Assembly: GCA_002269645.1 (NCBI GenBank)
Contig: NIVC01000096.1
Location: 1 to 64,000, forward strand
Reading direction: 5' to 3'
Length of the DNA: 64,000 bases
Origin: Macrostomum lignano
Taxonomy: Eukaryota
The position numbers were made by a program, and so were the translations under genes. This document shows positions 41,830 through 53,224 of the stretch, one piece after another. Every line of letters begins with the position of its first letter. Within the stretch, counting starts at the first letter, position 1. The notes under the pieces are model-generated. The model had not been told where the DNA came from and made no database searches. It saw only the letters and a list, made by a program, of their open reading frames with translations.

Positions 41830-42334
41830 AATGTGTCCTAAGACTGACTCTTAAGTTCCAACTTTAGCTCGAACTTATGATTCAGTCACAGGTGTGTTTA
41901 AAAACCTTTATGACTGACTTATAACTTCGATCCTATCTAAGATCGAACCTAATGACTTAGGGAAAGGCTGACATACTCGATTTCACTCCTTTCTGCCCTA
42001 GTCTTTTATATTAAAGTACGAGCTAAGTATCAGCGCAGATAGCCTTAGTCCGAATTTTGCTAGCGAGAGTTCGAGGAGCTATTTGAGCCAGAAAGTCCAA
42101 CATTGAGAGAGAAGCATAGAGATTCTAGACACATCAGATGATGATTAATTAAAGAAAATTACATATACATGTAGCTGATGCATACCGAAGTTTTAGACGT
42201 TTGTATAATTCAGGGATCCGCAAACTCCGGCCCACAGACCACATGCAGCCCGTGATACCTCTCTATCCTGCCCTCGGGTCCTTTGAAACTTCACCATAGC
42301 AATCCGGCCTGCTCAAAGTTTGTCTCTTCTTAAC

Positions 42335-42445
42335 TGTCTTCTCTCGAATAATCTCTTCTCTTTCTCTTTCTCTTTCTCTTTCTCTTTCTCTCTTCTTCTC
42401 TCCCTTCTCTCCTCTCTTTTCTCTCCTCTTCATTCTCTCCTTTCC
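42335..42445. repeat. CT-rich low-complexity tract
   Basis: (tctctt)n run. Confidence 0.8.
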
Positions 42446-42779
42446 TGACAAACGAGGGAATGTCCAAAATACAATCACTTTGAGAATATTGAGAAAGAAT
42501 TACAACTTGCAGCCAGTTTTGAATGTGACTCTTTGTATATGCCTGAAACTACTATAGCGATTAAGTCATCCTCTGCTTTTATCCTCTCTCACTCACTCAC
42601 TTGTTGTCTCAGAAAAAGACAAAAATCGATCAGCTACATCTCTAATACTTTTTATAAAGCCAACAGAGTCCACATCCTTAGCACGGAACCCGCACTGAGT
42701 AGCTAGTGAGCCTCAAAACTGCTTCTTCATTGCGCTTTGTACGCTAGTATTTTCTATGCGAATTTCCTGAACTGCCGCT

Positions 42780-43290
42780 GAACTGCCGCACGCTCAAAGC
42801 CGCCCGGCGGAGAGGGGCTCTGGCAAAGCTAGCGATCGACTTAAGCTGTGATATCATCGCACTGCACGAGGTGTCTATCAAGGCTGATCCGGGGCTTCAC
42901 TGTTAGGATCTGGGCGCCGGATGGACCCTCCACAACACATCGGCGGACCAACAAGGCCGTGGAGGATTTGGAGTTGTTTGAGTTGAAGTTGGCTTCGAGG
43001 CCGGAACGCTCGCCTATTCTGCACGTATGCGCCACCTGCCACCCGTCCTGACGAGGCTCAAGACTTCTTCGAGCAGCTGTCGGTACAGATGGGGGCAGCG
43101 GCGCTGCGTGACACAGGGATCGTCCTCGGAGACCTAAACGCAGTTTTTCGTAGGTCCGAGCGGTCACTGTTCGTCACACTGCGTGGGAACAGCAACACCG
43201 GAGCGCTGGGGACTTCCTAGAGACTTCCTAGATAGGCAGAACATGGTGTCGGCAACTCCCGCTTCCGCAAGCCACCTTTTGTGACCTGCA
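42780..43290 (+). mobile_element. APE endonuclease remnant of a LINE (probably RTE)
   Basis: LAIDLSCDIIALHEV, GRGGFG, QDFFEQL and IVLGDLNA motifs, with stops. Confidence 0.75.
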
Positions 43291-43608
43291 AGTCCTATTA
43301 AATGCGCTTTGTAAAAAAAGCAGTTGATAGCTTTGTCCAAAAGTTATTTCGAATAAAAGCTTACTAAAACTTATACAGTAGTAGAGATATCGATCCTATG
43401 GGTGCTATGATAAGTTCAATAAGCATAATTAATTGAATGTTTAGAAAGTGTGACGAAAGTACACGATCTACATACGCACGTTAAGGTGCGACAGAAATGC
43501 GTGCGGAAAGGCTATAATAGATCAAGGAAATCTAGGAAGACAAGATTAAGTACTTAAAATAGTGAACTTTTTAAAAATGATTTTTTGACAAGTTATTCCC
43601 TTTACGTC

Positions 43609-44517
43609 CTAATGATTTGTTCGTTGCTCAATCCAAGGGACAAATTTTTCATGCTCTTCCTGTCTATTTCTGGGGGTCCTTAAGTTATCAGCAGAATCGT
43701 TGGAAGCCTTTTGAGTGTCTCTGCTGGACTCTGCTTTTTCTGGCTTCCATTGGTCTTCCTTTGAGTTCTCAGCTGGTTTCTTAGCTGTGTCCTCAGCTGG
43801 TTTCCTAGTTGTGTCCTCAGCTGGTTTCTTAGTTGTGTCCTCAGCTGGTTTCCTAGTTGTGTCCTCAGCTGGTTTCCTAGTTGTGTCCTCAGCTGGTTTC
43901 TTTGTTGTGTCCTCAGCTGGTTTCTCAGTTGTGTCCTCCGCAAGATTCTCAGGTGTGTCCTCAGCTGGTTTCCTAGTTGTGTCCTCAGCTGGTTTCCTAG
44001 TTGTGTCCTCAGCTGGTTTCCTAGTTGTGTCCTCAGATGGTTTCTTTGTTGTGTCCTCAGCTGGTTTCTCAGTTGTGTCCTCCGCAAGATTCTCAGGTGT
44101 GTCCTCAGCTGGTTTCCTAGTTGTGTCCTCAGCTGGTTTCTTTGTTGTGTCCTCAGCTGGTTTCCTAGTTGTGTCCTCAGCTGGTTTCCTAGTTGTGTCC
44201 TCAGCTGGTTTCCTAGTTGTGTCCTCAGCTGGTTTCTTTGTTGTGTCCTCAGCTGGTTTCTCAGTTGTGTCCTCCGCAAGATTCTCAGGTGTGTCCTCAG
44301 CTGGAGGATGTAACGTGGAGGCGCTGCATGCAGACTGCGAAGGCCTGGTAGCCGGTTCGTCAGTCCGAGCGGATGTCTCCCTAGGTAAGAGTTTCAGCAG
44401 TGATTTTTGGGCGGCCCAGTCGCGAAGAAAGTCGAGTGTCTCTACACCAGCAGCAGCTTTCTGGTGTCCTGACCGCTGTCCAGGTGCTCTTACAGTTGGC
44501 TCGACAACCATCAACAA
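43609..44517 (-). CDS. Putative coding exon/ORF with acidic Thr-rich 8-aa repeats (PAEDTTRK)n
   Basis: 302 codons open, including about 70 aa and 55 aa of non-repetitive flank. The 24-nt unit preserves frame. No ATG in frame at the start, so it is probably a terminal exon. Function unknown. Confidence 0.45.
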   Translation of the reverse strand: MLMVVEPTVRAPGQRSGHQKAAAGVETLDFLRDWAAQKSLLKLLPRETSARTDEPATRPSQSACSASTLHPPAEDTPENLAEDTTEKPAEDTTKKPAEDTTRKPAEDTTRKPAEDTTRKPAEDTTKKPAEDTTRKPAEDTPENLAEDTTEKPAEDTTKKPSEDTTRKPAEDTTRKPAEDTTRKPAEDTPENLAEDTTEKPAEDTTKKPAEDTTRKPAEDTTRKPAEDTTKKPAEDTTRKPAEDTAKKPAENSKEDQWKPEKAESSRDTQKASNDSADNLRTPRNRQEEHEKFVPWIEQRTNH

Positions 44518-44529
44518 CAGTCGACAAAC

Positions 44530-44915
44530 ATGAGATTAGTCTATGAGCGACAAGTATGAGATTAGTCTATGAGCGACAAGCATGAGATTAGTCTATGAGC
44601 GACAAGCATGAGATTAGTCTATGAGCGACAAGCATGAGATTAGTCTATGAGCGACAAGTATGAGATTAGTCTATGAGCGACAAGCATGAGATTAGTCTAT
44701 GAGCGACAAGCATGAGATTAGTCTATGAGCGACAAGCATGAGATTAGTCTATGAGCGACAAGCATGAGATTTGTCTATGAGCATCAAGTATGAGATTAGT
44801 CTATGAGCAGCAAGTATGAGATTAGTCTATGAGCATCAAGTATGAGATTAGTCTATGAGCATCAAGTATGAGATTTGTCTATGAGCATCAAGTATGAGAT
44901 TTGTCTATGAGCGAC
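44530..44915. repeat. 26-bp minisatellite, about 15 copies
   Basis: Unit atgagattagtctatgagcgacaagc (44530, 44556...). Confidence 0.95.
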
Positions 44916-45476
44916 TGCAAGTCTATGGTCGAGCTCCTGCTATATTCGCGTTCATAACTTTTGCTTCCATTGTCTGTTTTAAATGATGTTAAATTTAATA
45001 TAAAAAAGAGAGTTGCCGCTACCAGTATAAAGCTGTGCAAAATGATATGTTATTTGGATTATCAGAGCGAAAGATAATGAAAAGTAGAACTACTTTTGGG
45101 AAAGCCCTCGTAAATCTCGTATCCGAAGGAACTAGTACTTTCATAGCATGTGACTTGTGGGCTCGTACATGGTGTAAATAATAATATAATACAAACGATG
45201 CCACAACGAAGTATCGTGTTGCTCAGTGTATATATCTTGTGCTTTTATTATCAAAAAGTTGGCATTTAACGATATGATGAAACAACTACAACGACTTTGA
45301 GACTTGCTCATTTTTGTTTAACTACAGAAAAAAGATGACAACTGATAATAGATGATCGCTACATGGACTTAAAGTTTTAAGCCTCGTATTAAAGGCTTAT
45401 ACTCGTATTCTGTTAAAGATGAGGCTTTATGTATAAGTTGAAACTTCATTAAGTTTGCTTGGCAAGCTTCGGTTTT

Positions 45477-48400
45477 CTACATCACGCGAATGATGAGCCG
45501 AGCGCAGCCCTGGGACCGACCGGTGGCGTCCTTCAGACCGTAGTTGATCAGGTAGGTGCTCTGGAGCCAAGTATAAGAGGTTCGAGACATTTTAATTACC
45601 AAAATAGGAGAGGAGAGAATGGAGAGGAGAGAAGGGGGAGGAGAGAAGAGAGAGGAGAGAATGGAATGGAAAGAAGGAAGAAGAGAGGAGGGAGAGTAGA
45701 GAAGGGAGAGGAGAGAAGGAGAGAAGGGAGAGGAGAGAAGGGAGAGGAGAGAAGGGAGAGGAGAGAAGGGAGAGGAGAGAAGGGAGAGGAGAGAAGGGAG
45801 AGGAGAGAAGGGAGAGGAGAGAAGGGAGAGGAGAGAAGGGAGAGGAGAGAAGGGAGAGGAGAGAAGGGAGAGGAGAGAAGGGAGAGGAGAGAAGGAGAGG
45901 ACGGAAGGGAGAGGAGAGAAGGGAGAGGAGAGAAGGGAGAGGAGAGAAGGGAGAGGAGAGAAGGGAGAGGAGAGAAGGAGAGGACGGAAGGGAGAGGAGA
46001 GAATGGAATGGAAAGAAGGGAGAAGAGAGGAGGGAGAGTAGAGAAGGGAGAGGAGAGAAGGGAGAGGAGAGAAGGTAAAGGAGAGAAGGGAGAGGAGAGA
46101 AGGGAGAGGAGAGAGGGGAGAGGAGAGAAGAGAGGGGGGAGAAGAGAGGAGGGAGAGGAGAGGAGGGAGAGGAGAGGAGGGAGAGGAGAGAAGGGAGAGG
46201 AGAGAAGGGAGAGGAGAGAAGGGAGAGGAGAGAAGGAGAGGACGGAAGGGAGAGGAGAGATGGCAAAGGATAAAAGGGAAAGGAGAGAAGAGAGAGGAGA
46301 GAAGGGAGAGGAGAGAAGGGAGAGGAGAGAAGGGAGAGGAGAGAAGGGAGAGGAGAGAAGGGAGAGGAGAGAAGGGAGAGGAGAGAAGGGAGAGAAGAGA
46401 AGGAGAGGACGGAAGGGAGAGGAGAGATGGCAAAGGATAAAAGGGAAAGGAGAGAAGGGAGAGGAGAGAAGGGAGAGGAGAGAAGGGAGAGGAGAGAAGG
46501 GAGAGGAGAGAAGGGAGAGGAGAGAAGGGAGAGGAGAGAAGGGAGAGGAGAGAAGGGAGAGGAGAGAAGGGAGAGGAGAGAAGGTAGAGGAGAGAAGGGA
46601 GAGGAGAGAAGGGAGAGGAGAGAAGGGAGAGGAGAGAAGGAGAGGACGGAAGGGAGAGGAGAGAAGGTAGAGGAGAGAAGGGAGAGGAGAGAAGGTAGAG
46701 GAGAGAAGGGAGAGGAGAGAAGGGAGAGAAGAGAAGGGAGAGGAGAGAAGGGAGAGGAGAGAAGGGAGAGGAGAGAAGGGAGAGAAGAGAAGGGAGAGGA
46801 GAGAAGGGAGAGGAGAGAAGGGAGAGGAGAGAAGGTAGAGGAGAGAAGGGAGAGGAGAGAAGGGAGAGGAGAGAAGGAGAGGACGGAAGGGAGAGGAGAG
46901 AAGGTAGAGGAGAGAAGGGAGAGGAGAGAAGGAAGCGAAAAGAGAGCTGAGTAGAGACAAAAGCCTTGTGCTCGCCGGTTTGCTATTAGGAAGTTGAGGG
47001 CGGGCCGCATGAGGTTACTGGCTGGAGTTTACCAACCCCTGCCCTACAGCAATAATTAGGTATTGCCCTGCGAGACTCAGTTGCTTAAAAACTCTGCTAG
47101 TAGGAAAATGAAGCAAAGCAAAGACACGTCGGTAGAAGATCATTTACCGGCGGGAAGAACGGCTCGATGAAGAGCGGGTACCGGTAGGTGTGCACCGTGT
47201 TCCTGCGCACCGGGCAGCCTCCATTCAGGTAGTCGCAGGCGTTGCTATCGAAATTGTTGGTCGACAGGGGCATCGCACTGGACATGCCGCGCGATTTACC
47301 CAGAACTGAGGCGACCAAAGTGTCGGCGTCGGATGCTGAGGGACAAATGAAGGTTGACCAGAGAAGGTTCTATGGTAGCTATTGCGCAACTATTTTATAA
47401 CAGCCTCAGGTTCTAAGGTAGCTATTGCGCAACTATTTTATAACAACCTCAGGTTCAATGGTAGCTATTGCGCAACTATTTTATAACAGCCTCAGGTTCT
47501 ATGGCAGCTATTGCGTAACTACTATATAATAGTCTGAGGTTATAAGGTAACTGATTGTGTAACTATTATATAATAGCCTTAGGTTCTATGGTAGCTATTG
47601 CGTAACTATAATATAATGTAGTGTTCCACCTCCCACAAAAAAGCATAAAATTGTTAACGTAAAAGTTTACTCATAGAATGCTACTGTAAGTAGACTAGTG
47701 CACACATGCGCAATGAAACTTTAACTATGAATCATGTTACTATTTATAGCAGAGGAATGAATAATGTTACTATTTATAGCAAAGGAATGAATCATGATAC
47801 TATTTACAGCAAGGAATAAATCATGATACTATTTCTAACCCAAGATAAATCATGTTACTATTTATAGCACAAAGATGAGTCATGTTACTTTTATAGTGCA
47901 ACACATGAGTCATGTTGCTATTTATAGCCTGCAAAATCGCCTATAAATATAAGTGGTCCGAATGGACCGGAGCTAACAACTTCTGATGGAGAAGAGAACC
48001 TTCCAGAGGGAAGAAGAGCTCCGAAGAGGAAGTTGGCCAGGAACTTCCTTCAGACAAAGTCAATTGAAGACTCGGCTGAGTTATTGCGATAAGCCTTACT
48101 CATTTGCGCCAGGTGTTTGAATCGACTCGATATTGTTGTTGCGATTGAGTCTAATTGAGACTCCATTGGTTGTAGTCTCCAGAAGGACTACCCTGATAGT
48201 CATCCGAGGACTATCAGCGACTACCGGAGCTATACTCAGAGTGTATTAAGACACTGCTAGAAGGAGAAGGCTTATTGAAACCGCAGCACGGCGCAGGGAT
48301 CCCATTGTTGATTCGAAGCTTCTTATTGGTCCGAACGACTGATACCGGCCGGTAGCGACTTCGTTGGAAGTACAAGAGGAACCAGGACCTGAACAACAGA

Positions 48401-50048
48401 TCCAATACATCAAATCTTCCGCAAGACAAGGAACAAGACTAAGCAAGAGAACAACGCTTAGAAAGAGAACAACTGATCAGAAAATCAAGGTAAAAATACC
48501 CTCATTTGATTACTGGGTTGTCTAGCAGTAGTCCTTGATTACTGAGAAAAGTCTTGGTAATAAGGGACACATCAATAATAGCATTAGGTTATATGGTAGC
48601 TATTGCGTAACTATTATATAATAGCCTTAGGTTCAATGGTTGCTTATTGCGTAACTATTTTACAATACCCATAGGTTCTATGGCATCTATTGCGCAACTA
48701 ATATATAATAGCCTGAGGTTAAATGATAGCCATTGGGTAACTAAAATACAATAGCCTCAGGTTCTTTAGTAGCTTTTGCTGACTTGAAAATTCGGAAGGT
48801 TGTACTTAAAGTAGACAGAGTGTGAAGCATATATAATCTTCAGAAACAAACATGCGGTAACTTACAGCCCTTGAACTGCATCTCCACCCAATAGGACTGG
48901 CCGCGCCTGACTGGGCACAGGCGACGTCCTTCGCAGCCTTCGACGGTGAACTTGACCGTGTTCCTGCCTGCCAATTTTTGTGTGGAGGGTTAGATTTTAT
49001 TTTCATTTTTAGTATGTAGGATATATTTAAGATCATTGTATTGAAATGCACTATGTACATGTATACTAGCTGTACGACGGTTAAAGCTATCATTAGCTCA
49101 TAGGTCAAAGATTAAAACCAGAGCTCATGGGTCATAGACTACAGCAGATCATAGGTCATAGCTGACTACAACCCAAGTATAGTATAGACTGTACTCAAGT
49201 ATAGACTATAGACTATACTCAATTATAGTCTATCATAGGTCATAGACTACAGCATAACATAGGTCATTGACTACAGCAGATCATAGGTCATAGCTGACTA
49301 CAGCCCAAGTATAGTATAGACTGTACTCAAGTGTAGACTATAGACTATACTCAATTATAGTCTATCATAGGTCATAGACTACAGCATAACATAGGTCATT
49401 GACTACAGCAGATCATAGATCATAGACTACAGCAGATCATAGGTCATAGACTACAGCATATCATAGGTTCATAGACTACATCATATCATAGGTCATAACC
49501 TACAGCAGATCATAGGTCATAAACTACAGCAGATCATAGGTCATCGAATACAGCAGATGACCTAATCTGTAGATAATACAGCAGATGCTGTAGGTCATAG
49601 GCTACAGCAGAACATAGGTCATGGACTACAGCAGATCATAGGTCATAAACTACAGCAGATCATAGGTTCATAGACTACATCATATCGTAGGTCATAACCT
49701 ACAGCAGATCATAGGTCATAAACTACACCAGATCATAGGTTCATAGACTACAGCAGATCATAGGTCATCGAATACAGCAGATGACCTAATCTGTAGATAA
49801 TACAGCAGATGCTGTAGGTCATAGGCTACAGCAGAACATAGGTCATGGACTACAGCAGATCATAGGTCATAAACTACAGCAGATCATAAGTTATAGACTA
49901 CAGCGGCTTATGGTTCATAGGCTATAGTAGCTCATAGGTCATAAAGTCTCTTACCTGTGCCGCCACAGGGCCTCCAGTTAGTGGCATCAACGCAAGCTGC
50001 CAAGCAGACCATCAAAGAAAAACAGGCAATTGTCAATTGCTTCAACAT
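45477..50048 (-). CDS. NPC2: NPC2-like / ML (MD-2-related lipid-recognition) domain protein, 155 aa, 4 exons
   Basis: Exons 50048-49955 (MLKQLTIACFSLMVCLAACVDATNWRPCGGT), 48967-48866 (GRNTVKFTVEGCEGRRLCPVRRGQSYWVEMQFKG), 47335-47148 (..SNACDYLNGGCPV..YRYPLFIEPFFPP), 45560-45477 (STYLINYGLKDATGRSQGCARLIIRVM*). Phases 1/1/0 are consistent. Six mature-domain Cys in NPC2 spacing. Confidence 0.88.
45600..46950. repeat. GA-rich ~15-bp minisatellite (agaagggagaggag) in NPC2-like intron 3
   Basis: Purine-only tandem array; source of the RERREGRGEK and SLLSSPFSP artefact ORFs. Confidence 0.95.
47366..48780. repeat. 43-bp degenerate minisatellite split by an LTR insertion
   Basis: Unit ggttctatggtagctattgcgcaactattttataacagcctca at 47366-47612, resuming at about 48579-48780. 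Confidence 0.85.
47617..48574 (+). mobile_element. Solo LTR (958 bp) with 4-bp TSD
   Basis: Begins TGTAGTGTTCC and ends GGGACACATCA (TG..CA, imperfect inverted ends); flanked by ATAA at 47613-47616 and 48575-48578; internal ~33-bp repeats (47730-47930) precede a TATA-like cctataaata at ~47940. Confidence 0.75.
49130..49940. repeat. ~24-bp degenerate minisatellite in NPC2-like intron 1
   Basis: Unit gatcataggtcatagactacagca. Confidence 0.9.
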
Positions 50049-50789
50049 TATTGAAAGTATGATTGAAAAAAACTTAAAAAAGAAAAGTACACACAGCAAG
50101 TTAAACTGTAATTGGTGACAGAGTTACTCCTGAACCAAAATCTGGTAAAATTGTTCAGATTTAAACAAAATTTAGAGAATTAAATTATTTACAGCTGCGT
50201 CAGCAGATAGATTAGCAAACTAGTATACACAGAGCTGAAATCAACGCACATGACTTTTGCCTTTGTGCGCCTTATCAAACTTGACAGTATTTGGAATCGA
50301 GACCATCAAAGACTGAAAGCAGATAATGCTTTATAGAAATTAGCTAAATTAGATAGATAAGCGAGACTCAAAGTTAAGAATGACTTTGAGCGCAACAGAA
50401 TTTGAGTCAAAAGGTCTGCAAAGCAAGTAAGTAAAATCGATAAGTCACCTGCACAGCAGAAGATTGCCCAAGCTGTCATTGTGTGCCCTCCGTCAGCTTG
50501 CACTCAAAGCTCGTAGAAAATGTTTTTTTCATATTTTCGTCCCTCGATCTGTTCTACTTTTATTTCCTGTCTTAATTAAGGGTCAATATTTGCTTTGAAT
50601 GCGTTTAAAGTTTATTGAATACATTTGAATGACGTATTAGGCATTGAAAATGCATATTTTCTAGCTTTATAGCCTCTTTTAAGGTTTCCGTTTCGTCTTT
50701 TAAATATTGTAGCTGGCTGGGTAATGTTTGTGAGGTGCGGTGCTTGTGCTCCCTGTCGCTGATAAATACTTTGCTTCTAGCGGCCTTGC

Positions 50790-51310
50790 CTCTCTGCCTT
50801 TCCTTACCTGTCTCCTCTCCTTTCTCCCTCTCCTCTCTCCTCTCTTTCTCCTTTTCTCCCTCTCTCCCTCTTCCTCCTCTCTCCCTCTCTCTCCCTCTCC
50901 CTATCTCGCCCTTCTTCTTCTCCTCTCTCCCATCTCTTTCTCTCTCCCTCCCTCTCTCCCTCTCTCCCTCCCTCTCCCTCTCCCTCTCCGTTTCTCTCTC
51001 CCTCTCTCTCTCCCTCCCCTCTCTCTTTCTCCTTTTCTCCCTCTCTCCTCTCTCCCCTCTCTTTCTCTCTCCCTCCCTCTCCCCTCTCTCCCTCTTTCTA
51101 CCTCTCCCTCCCCTCTCCCTCTCTCTCCCTCTCCGTTCCTCTCTACCTCTCTCTCCCTCTCCCTTTCCCTTTCTCGTCCTTTCTCTCTTCTTTCCACCTC
51201 TCTTTTTCTCTCCCCATCTTTCCTCTCTTTCTCCCTCTTTCCCTCTCTCCTTTTCCTCCTTCACTCTTCCCCTATCTGCATGTCTATCTCCGTTTCTCTT
51301 TCTCTGTTCT
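50790..51310. repeat. CT-rich low-complexity tract
   Basis: Pyrimidine-only (ctcc/ctct)n. Confidence 0.92.
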
Positions 51311-51655
51311 CAGTTATTTACTCCCTCCACTCTTCATGCCTGCTTTGAATGCATTATAGGTATGATTTTACCCTTTCTCGTCTGTCTATCTTTGTCTACT
51401 GAACAACCAGTAAACGGCAAGGAAATGTAAGTTAGAACAGATAGAAAAAACACATCATTCTGATGAGTTAAAAAAATATATTTTTCCAGTCATGCAAAAC
51501 GTGCCTATCCTGACACTCTACTTAAAATAGTAAAATACGCATATTTAAACTATGAACCAGGGCATTATAGACACTTGAGGCGACGCATAACCAACCTAGG
51601 ATCTCAAACCGCGAGAATCATCATCGATTGCTACCCCGACAACTAAAGATGTACG

Positions 51656-52813
51656 TCATAGCACGTTCCATCGTCCGGTTCTGTCGTAGGACACCAGCGC
51701 TTTGTGCACCATCCGACGCACGGTGGCATCTGCGTCCCTGTTGAACTCGCGAAGCACTTCGACAACTTCGTGCTCCATGTGATTCGGTGCACCGTCGCAC
51801 AGAGTGTGCGCCACCTGCTGACGCACCCGGGCCTCTGGATCGTCCTTCATCTCGAGCACTCGCTGCCAGAATGCGGATAGGTCGGTTTTCACTCGGCAGG
51901 GGCACATCTCCCTGAGCGCTCGCTGCCGCACCTCCGGGCTGGGGTGCCGGGTCAGGTCAAGGACCACTTCCATGTCCTCAGTCTGGCTGGCCAAGGATAA
52001 CGCCTGACGGACTGGCAGCTCGCTTGGCCGGCTGAGGAGGTTTAAAGTGCATGCAGTGTGGGGTTGAAGTGCATTCAATCTGAGATTAAAGTGCATTAAA
52101 TCTGGGATTAAAGTGCATTCAATCTGGGATTAAAGTGCATTCAATCTGAAATTAAAGTGCATTCGATCTGAGATTAAAGTGCATTAAATCTGGGATTAAA
52201 GTGCATTCAATCTGGGATTAAAGTGCATTCAATCTGAGATTAAAGTGCATTCAATCTGAGATTAAAGTGCATTCAATCTGAGATTAAAGTGTATTCAATC
52301 TGGGATTAAAGTGCATTCAAGCTGAGATTAAAGTGCATTCAATCTGAGATTAAAGTGCATTCAATCTGAGATTAAATTTATTTTTAATCTGTAATTAAAG
52401 TGCATTTCGTCTGGGACTTAACTGAATTTAATCTGAGATTTAAGTACATTTGAAACTAGGAACATTTAAGCTAGGAATAAAGTGCGTTTAAATTAGGAAT
52501 GAAGTACATTTAAACTAGGAATAAAATGCTTTCAATCTGATATTAAAGTTCATTCAATCTGGGATTAAAGTGCATTCAGTTTGAGATTAAAGCACATGCA
52601 ATATGGGAGTAGAGTGGGGGACACCATACTCCCTGGGATTATAAATGCATGTTTATTGGGATTGTATTAGCTTGGTAAGACATACAATCATAATATATGT
52701 ATTTAAAGCCACCTACTATATGCTTAGACTATCTTAAATAGTACAAACTTATAAAAACCAGCTTACACATTCTCAGGCGACGGCTCCCTCCTTTGCGCGC
52801 GTTTTAACTTCAT
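51656..52813 (-). CDS. Small HEAT-like repeat protein (140 aa, 2 exons) with CPC motif
   Basis: Exon 1 52813-52767 (MKLKRAQRREPSPEN, donor GT|GTAAGC, phase 2) and exon 2 52031-51656 (acceptor cctcag). Three HEAT-like units: HPSPEVRQRALREM, DDPEARVRQQVAHTL, DADATVRRMVHKAL. Confidence 0.8.
52060..52600. repeat. 22-bp minisatellite in the HEAT gene intron
   Basis: Unit aatctgagattaaagtgcattc, decaying toward 52600. Confidence 0.92.
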
Positions 52814-53224
52814 GATTTTCACTTTATCAATAAAGCTTCAACCAATAAGTTTGGGACACGTTCAAGGCGATAGCCCTTGATAAGTTATCTGTCTGTACAG
52901 AAATGCCAGCAAAACTTAGCGTTGTCCCTCTCTTATGCTTATATAAACTCACGAAAGCGATATATTTATTGCACAAGACAGTTGCAATGCAATGCAATGC
53001 AATATAACAGAAACACTAACGTTACAGCTTTTAGAGTGATTGTTGTGCAAGCGAGTGCCAGTTTTTCTACAGAAGTTGAGACAGCAGTTGAGACGATTGA
53101 CTGTACAGCAGACTGCACTGTGTTGAATCATATTCTAAAAATAGATTGGCTATTTTTTTAATTGTCTCCTAAGCATTCAGTGCTTCTTTATTGCACTACT
53201 AGGCAAAGTAGCTAGCTGTGTATC

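Larger units (their letters stand above)
39246..41960. mobile_element. PIF/Harbinger DNA transposon with two divergent genes
   Basis: Left end gggcccgttttataaagc; subterminal motif aagttggaactta present inverted at ~41850; transposase and Myb-like ORFs are head-to-head. The right TIR was not clearly found. Confidence 0.8.

Noticed and set aside
41820-41840. tgtataaaatgtgtcc as the right Harbinger TIR (12/16 match to the left TIR)
   Set aside because: It overlaps the Myb ORF stop, and subterminal repeats continue beyond it, so it is unlikely to be the true end.
42220-42260. hAT-like terminal sequence cagggatccgcaaactccggccc (similar one at ~58005)
   Set aside because: Only isolated single ends with no partner TIR or TSD; too short to call.
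43715-44533. Hydrophobic (SSAGFLVV)n 272-aa plus-strand ORF as a membrane protein
   Set aside because: Mirror frame of the minus-strand repeat ORF, with no ATG context; antisense openness follows from the repeat.
45459-47010. Arg/Glu-rich and Ser/Leu/Pro-rich ORFs of 300-470 aa
   Set aside because: GA/CT low-complexity array in NPC2-like intron 3; only the last 27 codons of ORF 45477-46433 are a real exon.
50605-51430. R/E-rich and S/L-rich ORFs of 200+ aa
   Set aside because: CT/GA low-complexity tract.
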